Source: Tubulanus polymorphus
Taxonomy: Eukaryota > Animalia > Nemertea
Length of the DNA stretch: 64,000 bases
Direction of reading: 5' to 3'
NCBI RefSeq assembly: GCF_964204645.1
Contig: NC_134034.1
Location: forward strand, 1,116,001 to 1,180,000
Under the pieces are notes generated by a model. That model did not search any database. It saw only the letters and a program-made list of their open reading frames with translations, and was not told the DNA's origin. Positions 34,401 through 46,505 of this stretch are shown here, in pieces. The position numbers and the translations under genes are program-made. How positions within the stretch are numbered: position 1 is the stretch's first letter; the number at the start of each line of letters is the position of its first letter.

Positions 34401-36369
34401 CAACATGAGCTCAGCCTGGTTATACCTGAAGCTTTGACTGCAGAACTAGCTTACTAACATCTATCTATCCCTGAAGTATTGGTCAGTTGGTCAGCATCAT
34501 GCATGTAATGGTCAGTTGGTCAATATCATGTCTGTATTGGTCAGCATCATGGATGTATTGGTCAATATCAGGACTGTAATGGTCAGTATCGTAGCTGTAT
34601 TGGTCAGTTGGTCAGCATCCTGGCCACGATCCAATTTCATCGGTCGTTTGTGTGATAACAAATGGTCATTTATTACTCACTGGCTGTGGTAGTAACTGTA
34701 GCAGGGATTACACCGCGCTCGGTATTGTTTCACTGAATAAAGACTCCTCTCAGAACGGCAGACGGATTTCAGCCCAATGTCAAGGTTGTTTATCTATCTA
34801 TCAATGCGAACAATCGTTGGAATCAATTAAATGATTTATTTGTTCTTGGTTTATAATAACATAAAGTATGACTCATTGTTGGTTCACGACCGCGAATAAC
34901 TAAAGCCCTTTATTAAATAATGAGATCTTGATAATGGACAATTGGGGTAAATTATCCTCCAGATGTCGCTAGCGCGCAGTAGGACATCAATTGGTGCGGT
35001 AATAGGAGATTTCACTTGTGGCAAGTGAAGATCCACCAGGTCGTAGAATTTCAACTACTGTGGCGTTAGAAGATTCCACTTGTGGCAAGTGAGGATCCAC
35101 CAGGTGTCGCTAGTGTGCAGTAGGACATCAACTACTGCGGCGATTGAGGATTCCACTTGTGAAAAGCAAGGATCCACCAGGTGTCACTAGTGTGCAGTCG
35201 GACATCAACTACTGCAGCGATAGAGGATTCCACTTGTGGCAAGCAAGGAACCACCAGGTGTCGCTAGTGAGCAGTAGGACATCGACTGCACAAAATTGAA
35301 CCAACTATTCTCTCTGAATAAATCAAAACTATACCAAACACTGCGAGTAGAAAAGTGTGAATATTTTTCAAGGCTTTTTAGGAAAATGTTTGTTTCTGGG
35401 AATTTAGAAACGTAGCACAAAATTGATACCACACGTAAAACTGTGAACTTCTGGTTGCCGGATAATGGATTGGGGCCAGTGTTATAACTATTTGTAATGA
35501 CATATGGAAAGCTGAATCAGTGGTCACTGGTGGTCAATAGGTGATTTGTTATTCACACAATGACCACCTTCTGTTTGTAGTAAGAGCTCTTGACCAGTGG
35601 TCAACAATACACACCATTAGTGAAATCACAAAGAGGCCGTCCACCTGTCAGCATATTAACTACAGCGGGAGCTTACTACTAACTGTGCAACTGGATCTTC
35701 AGCCAAACTAAGCCAACATAACTGTGGAACTGGATCCACAGTCAAATTAAACCCACATAACTGTGGAACTGGATCCAAGGTAAAATTAAACCCACACAAC
35801 TGTGGAACTGGATCCATAGTCACATTAAACCCACACAACTGTGGAACTGGATCCAAAGTCAAATTAAACCCACCCAACTGTGAATCTCTGGTCTATGTTT
35901 TAGATACAAATGACTCAATTTACTCGTGATATTTCAGTCTAAAAGCACTTAACACAAATCACTTAAGAGTCTACAATCAGCCTCCTCTCGCTCTCCTCTC
36001 TCTCTCTCTCGCTCTCCTCTCTCTCTCTCTCCAGTATCGTGTGGTTTCACTGTTTCATATATTATCATCATCAGAGGGAACCCTCCGGGTAAAAACAGCG
36101 AAATAGAAATAAATGATTTAATGAACCCCGCGAGACTCATTACAGTCCTACAGTTTTAGCGTTACTAGGGGGGACAGAAATTACGTCGAAAATTAAATCC
36201 CAATAGATTTTGTTTATATACATACATGTGAACAATATTATAGCTTACCGATACTGTTTGTTGTGTAGGGGGTTCATAAATTTGAGAGATTTGAGTACAA
36301 GTTTCACAAACAGGGACAATTGAACTTCATTCATTTATGATTTCAATCAAATAACCATTTAACAAACAA

Positions 36370-37265
36370 GAATTGTGGAACTGGATCATGAACTGAGTCG
36401 ATCTGGATCTTGAGGACTGTGGAAGCTGGATCTTGAGGACTGTGGAAGCTGGATCCTGAACTGTGGAAGCTGGATCCTGAACTGTGGAACTGGATCCTGA
36501 ACTGTGGAACTGGATCCCAAACTGAGGATCTGGATCTCGAGGACTGTGGAACTGGGGCCTGAACTGTGGAACTGGGTCTTGAACTGTCGATCTAGCTTCT
36601 GAACTGTGGAACTGGATTCAGAACTGTGGATCTGGATCTTGAGCAGTGTGGAAGCTGTCAAACTGGGTCCAAGTTTGTAGAACTGGGTCTTGAACTGTGG
36701 ATCTGGGTCTTGAGGAGTGTGGAAGCTGTCAAACTGGGTCCAGGTTTGTAGAACTGGGTGTTGAACTGTGGAACTGGGTCTTGAGGAGTGTGGAAGCTGT
36801 CAAACTGGGTCCAGGTTTGTAGAACTGGGTCTTGAACTGTGGATCTGGGTGTTGAGGAGTGTGGAAGCTGTCAAACTGGGTCCAGGTTTGTAGAACTGGG
36901 TGTTGAACTGTGGAACTGGGTGTTGAACTGTGGAACTGGATCTTGAGGAGTGTGGAAGCTGTCAAACTGGGTCCAGGTTTGTAGAACTGGGTGTTGAACT
37001 GTGGAACTGGGTCTTGAGGAGTGTGGAAGCTGTCAAACTGGGTCCAGGTTTGTAGAACTGGGTCTTGAACTGTGGATCTGGGTCTTGAGGAGTGTGGAAG
37101 CTGTCAAACTGGGTCCAGGTTTGTAGAACTGGGTGTTGAACTGTGGAACTGGGTGTTGAACTGTGGAACTGGATCTTGAGGAGTGTGGAAGCTGTCAAAC
37201 TGGGTCCAGGTTTGTAGAACTGGGTGTTGAACTGTGTAATTGGGTTCAGAACTGTGTAACTGGAC
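36370..37265 (+). repeat. Composite 20-bp-based satellite with 61/81-bp higher-order units
   Basis: GAACTGTGGAACTGGG core plus GAGGAGTGTGGAAGCTGTCAAACTGGG. Confidence 0.88.
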
Positions 37266-37869
37266 ACCGGTGATTAGTCAGATCAGGCTGCTATTACCTC
37301 CGGTTGCGACTGGTTGTGTATTAGTGATCTATGATATGACAGCTATATTTGTGTGTGTATATCTAAGGAAGTAAATGGAAGCCGAAATCTGTCACTTTAC
37401 GAGTGCATGATAAATAACAAACTGTTAATATTAATATCGAACCAATCGTAGAACAGCTCGACACAGGCTCTGGCAGCTGTATGTTTGTCGATGTATCTTA
37501 AACCATTACGCGCTGGTTCTAAAATATCGAATAAGCAATCTAAAATCAGCCCGAATTTACGAAAAACAGGTTTTCCAAAAATGACGGCGATATTTTTCTG
37601 GGCAATTTTTCCGCCCGTAATCGACTGAGCGAAACTTATAATATATATTACATACAATAAGCTAATATTCTCATGTATGTCCCATGATTGCCTAAAAATT
37701 CAAGTCAAAATGCACCGGAATTTTTCAAAGTTTTCCACAACATGCCCAGATACTTGTCCTTTTTCTGACTCTAGATGCCCTATTTATTTGTTTGAGCTCC
37801 TGCCCCAGGATCCATCCGTGTTTAAAGTATTGACTGCGGAATTGGCTGCTTACAGCGCGCGGACAACAG

Positions 37870-37980
37870 TTCACAGGCCGTGGTCCCGTCGTGAGGTTAA
37901 ATGAACAATCAGATAGGGTTCGTCTCGGGAAACCAACATCCAAGCGACGACGTTAAGCAAGATAGACAAAAAACAAACAC
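37870..37980 (+). mobile_element. SINE-like 3' fragment
   Basis: GGTCCCGTCGTGAGG...GACGTTAAGC...AAACAAAC; second copy at 26300-26405. Confidence 0.55.
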
Positions 37981-39469
37981 TCATATATCACCCTAAAAGC
38001 TGAATTCTAGCACTGGCAGGCGAGTAAGCTAGCAGCAGTAAACCGGGCTCGCGTAACTTCATGTCATATTCGTCAAATTGACCAATTGTGAGATCAAACA
38101 TAACATAGAGCAGGGGCTAACTGTACAGTGTTCGCAAAGTATCTTTTTTCTGGTCAAGATATATGTGGCAAGCGTAGCATTCAGTCAGTCAGTGGGGGGT
38201 AGCATTCAGTCAGTCAGTGGGGGGGGAGGGAGGGAGGGAGGCGGGGAGTATGGATGATGCTGTCCACGGGTTAATGATAGCTATAAATCATCAACACTCA
38301 ATAGTCACTCACTCACTTGCCAGGGCGGCTTTAGCTTAATTGCTTTTTACTTTTTAACCCTTTACGATAAAAATATACAGTAATCCAGCACAGAACCAGC
38401 CCTATCCGTATAATACATCTGCGTGTTATTTCAGTCACTAGTAAACAATTCGATGATGTCATAGGGGGATTTATGAAGACAGCCTCTTTTCTGGAAGTAG
38501 ATCAAATTGCTAGTAGAGATAATTTGATGATGTCGCAGGTGGATTTATAGAGGCAGACATTTTTTTCTAGAAGTTTCTATAGATCAAACCGTTAGTAGAG
38601 GTTATTTGATGATGTCATAGGGGGATTTATAGAGGCAGACATTTTTTCTACAAGTTTCTATAGATCAAATCGCTAGTAGAGGTAATTTGATGATGTCATA
38701 GGGGGATTTATGAAGGCAGACATGTTTTCTATAAGTAGTGTCTATAACCTGATACAGGTGCTATTTGAGTTGTGTAGTTATAATTTTAGATGTTACCGAC
38801 ACACCCAACACTCTACACCTCAGTGACTGTGATTATAATAATTATCTTAATATAACATGAATTTCATACCTACTTAACTCCCTCTCTCCCTCCTCTCTCC
38901 CTCCTCCCCTCTCCGTCTCTCTTTATTCCCCTCCTCCTCTCCTGCTGAGGATGGCCACTTTACACCCGTTTACAAATCCACTGGGTTTTCCCCGATTGTT
39001 TCATACGATAACACAAAATTCTCCCTCCCTCTCTCCCTCTCCCCTCCCTCCCTACCTCCCTCCCCCTCTCCCGACATACTTCATTACAGTTCAATCAGGC
39101 TTTCCGCAACCAGAACCTCACCCCCGCAAACCTCACCCCCGCAAACCTCACCCCAGCAACCCTAACGACATTTTTCTTCTTGCGATTTTCAATATGCCCT
39201 CCCGTATATTAAGACGTGTTCGTCGGTTGAAGCAGGGATTATCACATCGCATGCCTATGCCTATAAATTTCCGAGGTCTCAGTGAGTCACGCTGCACAGA
39301 ACAGCGCGCAGCAGCACGGAGCTGAAACAGTCCTCCGAACGTTCGTTCGTGTACAATGATTTATGGGTATTAATATTCCATTAATTGTCGACTACCATAG
39401 TAACCATGATACGTAACCGAGGCCCCAGTCATCGCGCTGTTCCACAGATATGTACTTATACACAGTTGA

Positions 39470-39895
39470 CTCGGGATCCAGTTCCACAGTTGTGTCGGTT
39501 CAATTTGACTGTGAATCCAGTTCTACTGTTGTGTGGGTTTTATTTGACTCTGAATCCAGTTCCACGTGGGTTTAATTTGACTCTGAATCCAGTTCCACAG
39601 TTGTGTGGGTTTAATTTGACACTGTATCCGGATCCACAGTTGTGTGGGTTTTATTTGACTCTGAATCCAGTTCCACATTTGTGTGGATTTAATTCTACTC
39701 TGAATCCAGTTCCACAGTTGTGTGGATTCAATTAGACTCTGAACCCAGTTCCACATTTGTGTGGATTTAATTAGACTCTGAACACAGTTCCACATTTGTG
39801 TGGATTTAATTCGACTCTGAACACAGTTCCACAGTTGTGTGGATTTAATTCGACTCTGAACACAGTTCCACAGTTGTGTGGGTTTAATTAGACTT
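39470..39895 (-). repeat. 39-bp minisatellite
   Basis: About 11 units. Confidence 0.9.
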
Positions 39896-40489
39896 TGAAT
39901 TTTTCATTGCAGAATCAAAATGAGTTCATCATCAATATTTCAACGCGCTGATATCGAACGCTCGAGACACTTGTGAAACCGGTTTTTAGAACATGAAGCA
40001 TCAATTTCCAATACTTTCGCTTATGAATAAATTATCACCGGGTCAAACTACGCATAAATTTGCATATAATGAATATCAAGTATCGTCAATACGCGTAAAT
40101 ATTTTAGTATCAATTATTTGCGCCGAAGCCAAAATCATTTGTACATTTACATGACATGCTTCGTGTGAAAACGTTTCGCGTCACGCATTCTACTAATTAC
40201 TGTGATTAGCGATAATTAATATAAATATTCAATTAACATTTTAGCGAATCAAATTTTCCAATATATTTTTTATGGATACTGCAGACAATTTGGCCATCAA
40301 TTCACGGTTTGAACCTGATGGCTGTGGTACAGAGGGAATTTCCCTCATATAATTTCCAGTGGTGAAACGCCAAAACTGAAAGGGGCTGCAGTTGCTGAAA
40401 AGTTGGTTCAAAATAACCGGCAGATGAATACCATTGTAACAATGAACTTTTAATGATGACTATTAAGATAATGTTGAAACATTTTAAAC

Positions 40490-40662
40490 CTGAGTATCAA
40501 CATAAAGTCGAAACGTTGAATAAACTACACTAGCTCAAGGAATACAGTATTCCTGAACATGACTATTAGGATATAGTCGAAACGTTGAATAAACTACACT
40601 AGCTCAAGGAATACAGTATTCCTGAAGATGACTATTAGAATATAGTCGAAACGTTGAATAAA
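40490..40662 (+). repeat. 69-bp tandem repeat (~2.5 units) of hammerhead-bearing unit
   Basis: AGTCGAAACGTTGAATAAAC occurs three times ~69 bp apart; the middle copy has CTGAACA (G8 to C). Confidence 0.8.
40617..40660 (+). ncRNA. Minimal type I hammerhead ribozyme (core-intact copy of a 69-bp tandem)
   Basis: TATTC-CTGAAGA-T-GACTAT(TAGAAT)ATAGTC-GAAA-CGTT-GAATA: core boxes, 6-bp stem II, 5-bp stem I, palindromic vestigial stem III. Confidence 0.75.
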
Positions 40663-40768
40663 CATTTTCAGACTTTTTATTTTTATTTTTTCATAATTAT
40701 TGTGGGATTCTCAACATATATCATACAGATTTAGGGTCAGGAGTTCACTATCATTGATTCAATGTATG

Positions 40769-40931
40769 GAGGGGATAGCGCGTACGCAGTCCCCCACTAC
40801 CAGAAATTGTACACCCGAGTCTCCCACATTTGGGGAGATCGTATGGGTCAACCAGTCTTTGTGCAATGACAGGCCTCGCCATAGAGGTACCGCCTTTCAG
40901 ATCACGGTGGACCTCTGTGCCAGGTAAGTAT
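40769..40931 (-). ncRNA. U1: U1 spliceosomal snRNA (variant loop I)
   Basis: Starts ATACTTACCTGGC; SL1 loop GATCTGAAAG; SL2 loop ATTGCAC; SL3 TCTCCC-CAAATGT-GGGAGA; Sm site AATTTCTGG; SL4 GGGGACTGCGTACGCGCTATCCCC; ~163 nt with stems paired. Confidence 0.95.
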
Positions 40932-40942
40932 GCTTACATCGC

Positions 40943-40993
40943 GTCCGCCATTTTATATATATGACTGACCCGGATGTTTTCTGACCGGTGTTT
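40943..40993 (-). promoter_or_regulatory. U1 upstream elements: PSE-like sequence and TATA-like box
   Basis: ACACCGGTCAGAAAACAT at about -45 to -62; ATATATAAAA at about -20 to -30, overlapping AAAATGGCGG (YY1-like). Confidence 0.5.
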
Positions 40994-41559
40994 AAATTAT
41001 ATCATAAATAAATCAAAATATAACCCTCGCCTAAATTAGTTTTCAATACTTTTTTTCGGCATAATTTCAACGAATATGAAGACAATATTTTATCGATAAT
41101 ATCGAAATCGATATCTACAGCGATATTTCTTTAAACACGCGACGATATTTAGATGATTAGTATTCGCAGTTTACCGATCGTCAAATAGGGCTCCGAGGGA
41201 TCCGAACTAATCTCTACTGTACGTGGGAGAATCAAATTTATGTAACTGGGTCTAAAGTCAATTAGTTTAACGTGAATACGTGATTCAGAAGAAGGGAGGG
41301 AGGGAGGGAGGGGGAGGGGGTAGCAGATGGTTGGCGGTCGAGCCTCCGGTTCAATATCGGTCTATTGTCAGATCGGAGTAGTAAAATTATGCGGCGTGGC
41401 GCGCAGTTTGGCGCGGCGCATGATTTCTCATAAAGTACGTGATGTTTATTAATGATGTTTTTATAAGCGGGTGAACGTGATTCAGGAAGCAAAGACATTT
41501 ATAACGCACTATATCATTATCCATAGACCTTACGGCTCCATCTTACACCAACAACCTCT

Positions 41560-42262
41560 CTCACCTCTCTACCTCTCAGACTCTCTCTCTCATCACCTCT
41601 CTACCTCTCAGACTCTCTCTCTCATCACCTCCCTACCTCTCAGACTCTCTCATCATCTCCCTACCTCTCAGACTCTCTCTCTCTCATCACCTCTCTACCT
41701 CTCAGACTCTCTCTCTCATCACCTCCCTACCTCTCAGACTCTCTCATCATCTCCCTACCTCTCAGACTCTCTCTCTCATCACCTCCCTACCTCTCAGACT
41801 CTCTCTCTCATCACCTCCCTACCTCTCAGACTCTCTCATCATCTCCCTACCTCTCAGACTCTCTCATCATCTCCCTACCTCTCAGACTCTCTCATCATCT
41901 CCCTACCTCTCAGACTCTCTCATCATCTCCCTACCTCTCAGACTCTCTCATCATCTCCCTACCTCTCAGACTCTCTCTCTCATCACCTCCCTACCTCTCA
42001 GACTCTCTCTCTCATCACCTCCCTACCTCTCAGACTCTCTCATCATCTCCCTACCTCTCAGACTCTCTCATCATCTCCCTACCTCTCAGACTCTCTCATC
42101 ATCTCCCTACCTCTCAGACTCTCTCATCATCTCCCTACCTCTCAGACTCTCTCATCATCTCCCTACCTCTCAGACTCTCTCATCTCTCTACCTCTCAGAC
42201 TCTCTCTCTCATCACCTCTCTACCTCTCAGACTCTCTCTCTCATCACCTCTCTACCTCTCAG
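41560..42262 (+). repeat. 28-32-bp pyrimidine-rich tandem repeat (CTACCTCTCAGACTCTCTCATCATCTCC)
   Basis: Directly visible. Confidence 0.9.
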
Positions 42263-42547
42263 ACACCCTCTCATTCCTCTCCTACTTCCCTCCCCTCACC
42301 TCTTCCTCTCCACATCTCTACCACTCTTACCCTATCCCTGTTACCTCATCTCTCTTTTCTCTCTCCCTCTTGTCTCTCTTCTCAGTCTCATCTCCTCTCT
42401 CCTCTCTCCTCAGCCTCTTCATACTTGATCTCCCCTCTTTCTTATGCCGGTTATAAAGTTTATGAAGCGGAATCATTAATGTGCACAGTTACATTGATTG
42501 GTTATTTATATTACGTATTGTGAACGGTGATAAAACTGATAAACATC

Positions 42548-42596
42548 GCAGCAGCAGCAGCAGCAGCCCTGCCACAGCAGCAGCAGCAGCCCTGCC

Positions 42597-42683
<87 letters not shown>

Positions 42684-42880
42684 CTGCCACAGCAGCAGCA
42701 GCAGCAGCCCTGCCAGCAGCACCACTGCCAGCAGCACCACTGCCAGCAGCACCACTGCCAGCAGCACCACTGCCAGCAGCACCACTGCCAGCAGCACCAC
42801 TGCCAGCAGCACCACTGCCAGCAGCACCACTGCCAGCAGCACCACTGCCAGCAGCACCACTGCCAGCAGCACCAACAGCA
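42548..42880 (+). repeat. (CAG)n tract (28 pure units) followed by 15-bp repeat
   Basis: CAG x28 at 42598-42681, then GCCAGCAGCACCACT units. Confidence 0.92.
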
Positions 42881-42889
42881 ACAGTTATA

Positions 42890-43237
42890 GTGGACCAAGT
42901 TCAACAGTTAAAGAGTGGACCAAGTTCCCCAGTTAAAGAGTGGACCAAGTTCCACAGCTATAGAGTGGACCCAGTTCCACAGCTATAGAGTGGACCCAGG
43001 TTCCAGTTCTGTAGTGGACCCAATTACACAGCTATAGAGTGGACCCAGTTCCACAGCTATAGAGTGGACCCAGTTCCACAGCTATAGAGTGGACCCAGTT
43101 CCACAGCTATAGAGTGGACCCAGTTCCACAGCTATAGAGTGGACCCAGGTTCCACAGCTCTAGAGTGGACCCAGTTTCCACAGCTATAGAGTGGACCCAG
43201 TTTCCACAGCTATAGAGTGGACCCAGTTTCCACAGTT
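42890..43237 (+). repeat. 26-27-bp repeat (AGAGTGGACCCAGTTCCACAGCTAT)
   Basis: Contains the MITE-TIR core. Confidence 0.88.
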
Positions 43238-44774
43238 CCTGATCAGAAAACGACTCCAACTCAAGCCAAAATCTGAAGAATGCCGAAATAACTCGCGTGC
43301 CCCGGGAGGCTTTAAACGTTGATTGCGCGATGTTTCTCTCATCGCCTTGACGACGGGAAGACGGACGCAACAATGAAACGGACGTAGTGTCCGATATTTT
43401 TTCATTAAGCGTTGAATCGCGTGCGGGCGACGGGCGGTCTGAGGAACGACGCGAGGCGATGTGTTTAACAGACGACGCAGTCCACTCAATATGAGATATA
43501 AAATCAATCGAAGGTTCATCAATCAATATTTAAAGATTAATAGAATAGTGACAATGTTTTATTGGATGAACATTATTTGACGACCTCCTCTGACTCCGGC
43601 TGCTGCTGCTGCTACTGCTGGTGCTGCTGTTGGCGCTGGTTTCTGCCTTCGTCGAGAAAAGTAATGTTTAAAAAAAACTATGTCAAAATTACAAAATGAA
43701 CCGATCTCTTTCGCGGAGGAACCCTCATCTCGTACCCGGAGGAACCCTCATCTCATTCGCGGAGGAACCCTCATCTTATACCCGGAGGAACCCTCATCTC
43801 GTTTGCGGAGGAAACCTCATGTCGTTCGCGGAGGAACCCTCATCTCATTTGCGGAGGAACCCTCATCTCATCCACGGGGGAAACCCTCAACACTCGTCGC
43901 ACTCTATCAACCGTTAAACAAACACGGCGCCCGAAATTGACGCCGACGAACGCCACGCGCCGAGAGTATCGGAAGCGTACCACTCACGAACGAACGTCCC
44001 GATACCCGCGCTTGACTACCACTCGACCATATTTGGAAAAGATCTCGTTGCTCGGCAACGGCAGTACTCCATTATTGTGAAGTTTGCGTCGCTGTCAAGC
44101 GCGCAGCGTTTAAATTGCTTTTCATCCGATATCAGTTTGTTGTCCAAGTACGCGCTATGTGTATTTGCTGAAGCATTATGAGTTATTGATGATATTGAAA
44201 CGACAATGAGAGGGGGGCGAGGGGAGTGAGGGGGAGGAGGGGAGGGGAAAGGGTTTCAGAGGGGGGAAACGGAAGAGATGTATAGAGATATAGAGAGAGG
44301 TAGAGAGAGTGAGGTGAGGGAGTCAATTGGGGAAGAGACCAATAGGAGAAGGAAAGAGGGACATGGAATGAGAGAAAAGAAGGACTGGGGAAGAGAGAAG
44401 TGAGAAGAGGGGGAGAGGAAGAAAAGGAGAAGGATGACAGGGTGGGATAGAATGAGAGAGAAGAGAGAGGATAGAGAAAGAATGAGAGAGGGGAGAGTAT
44501 AGGGGTAGAGAGAGGTAGGTAGAGAGGGATAACAAGGGGGGATTGAGACAGTGTAGAGAAAAGAGTAAGAGGGGAGAGAGGAGAGGGGAGAGTGGGAGGT
44601 AGAGAGGGAGGAGAGAGGAGAGAGGGAGGGGATAGTATAGGGGGAGGTAGAGAGAGAGTAGCGAGGCGTGAGAGAGCGGAGAGAATCAGAGTATCTGGGT
44701 CTAGTATCTACTTCCGACTGTACGAGATAATGAAGTGTAAGACAAAGAGAGTGAGCTGAATAAAATACTAATAT

Positions 44775-46505
44775 AACCTGCAGGGGCTGGTTTTATATAG
44801 ACCAGTTTTAATTTGAAGCCTGCAGGGGCTGGTTTTATAGACCAGTTTTAATTTGAACCCTGCAGGGGCTGGTTTTATAGACCAGTTTTAATTTGAACCC
44901 TGCAGGGGCTGGTTTTATAGACCAGTTTTAATTTGAACCCTGCAGGGGCTGGTTTTATAGACCAGTTTTAATTTGAACCCTGCAGGGGCTGGTTTTATAG
45001 ACCAGTTTTAATTTGAAGCCTGCATGGGCTGGTTTTATAGACCAGTTTTAACTTGAACCCTGCAGGGGCTGGTTTTATAGACCAGTTTTAATTTGAACCC
45101 TGCAGGGGCTGGTTTTATATAGACCAGTTTTAATTTGAAGCCTGCATGGGCTGGTTTTATAGACCAGTTTTAATTTGAACCCTGCAGGGGCTGGTTTTAT
45201 AGACCAGTTTTAATTTGAACCCTGCAGGGGCTGGTTTTATAGACCAGTTTTAATTTGAACCCTGCAGGGGCTGGTTTTATATAGACCAGTTTTAATTTGA
45301 AGCCTGCATGGGCTGGTTTTATAGACCAGTTTTAACTTGAACCCTGCATGGGCTGGTTTTATAGACCAGTTTTAACTTGAACCCTGCAGGTGCTGGTTTT
45401 ATAGACCAGTTTTAATTTGAACCCTGCAGGGGCTGGTTTTATAGACCAGTTTTAATTTGAACCCTGCAGGGGCTGGTTTTATAGACCAGTTTTAATTTGA
45501 ACCCTGCAGGGGCTGGTTTTATAGACCAGTTTTAATTTGAACCCTGCAGGGGCTGGTTTTATATAGACCAGTTTTAATTTGAAGCCTGCATGGGCTGGTT
45601 TTATATAGACCAGTTTTAATTTGAAGCCTGCATGGGCTGGTTTTATAGACCAGTTTTAACTTGAACCCTGCATGGGCTGGTTTTATAGACCAGTTTTAAC
45701 TTGAACCTTGCAGGGACTGGTTTTATAGACCAGTTTTAACTTGAACCCTGCAGGGGCTGGTTTTATAGACCAGTTTTAACTTGAACCCTGCAGGGGCTGG
45801 TTTTATAGACCAGTTTTAACTTGAACCTTGCAGGGACTGGTTTTATAGACCAGTTTTAACTTGAACCCTGCAGGGGCTGGTTTTATAGACCAGTTCTAAC
45901 TTGAACCCTGCAGGGGCTGGTTTTATAGACCAGTTTTAACTTGAACCCTGCAGGGGCTGGTTTTATAGACCAGTTTTAACTTGAACCCTGCAGAGGCTGG
46001 TTTTATAGACCAGTTTTAACTTGAACCCTGCAGGGGCTGGTTTTATAGACCAGTTCTAACTTGAACCCTGCAGGGGCTGGTTTTATAGACCAGTTTTAAC
46101 TTGAACCCTACAGGGGCTGGTTTTATAGACCAGTTTTAACTTGAACCCTGCAGGGGCTGGTTTAATAGACCAGTTTTAACTTGAACCCTGCAGGGGCTGG
46201 TTTTATAGACCAGCTTTAACTTGAACCCTGCAGGGGCTGGTTTTATAGACCAGTTTTAATTTGAAGCCTGCAGGGGCTGGTTTTATAGACCAGTTTTAAC
46301 TTGAACCCTGCTGAGGCTGGTTTTATAGACCAGTTTTAACTTGAACCCTGCAGGGGCTGGTTTTATAGACCAGTTTTAACTTGAACCCTGCTGAGGCTGG
46401 TTTTATAGACCAGTTTTAACTTGAACCCTGCTGAGGCTGGTTTTATAGACCAGTTTTAACTTGAACCCTGCTGAGGCTGGTTTTATAGACCAGTTTTAAC
46501 TATAG
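44775..46505 (+). repeat. 39-bp satellite (CCTGCAGGGGCTGGTTTTATAGACCAGTTTTAACTTGAA)
   Basis: About 44 units. Confidence 0.95.

Noticed and set aside
37870-37950. HDV-like ribozyme
   Set aside because: Could not build the nested double pseudoknot; better explained as a SINE 3' fragment
42481-42988. polyQ/polyS/polyA ORFs
   Set aside because: CAG microsatellite open in most frames; no exon context
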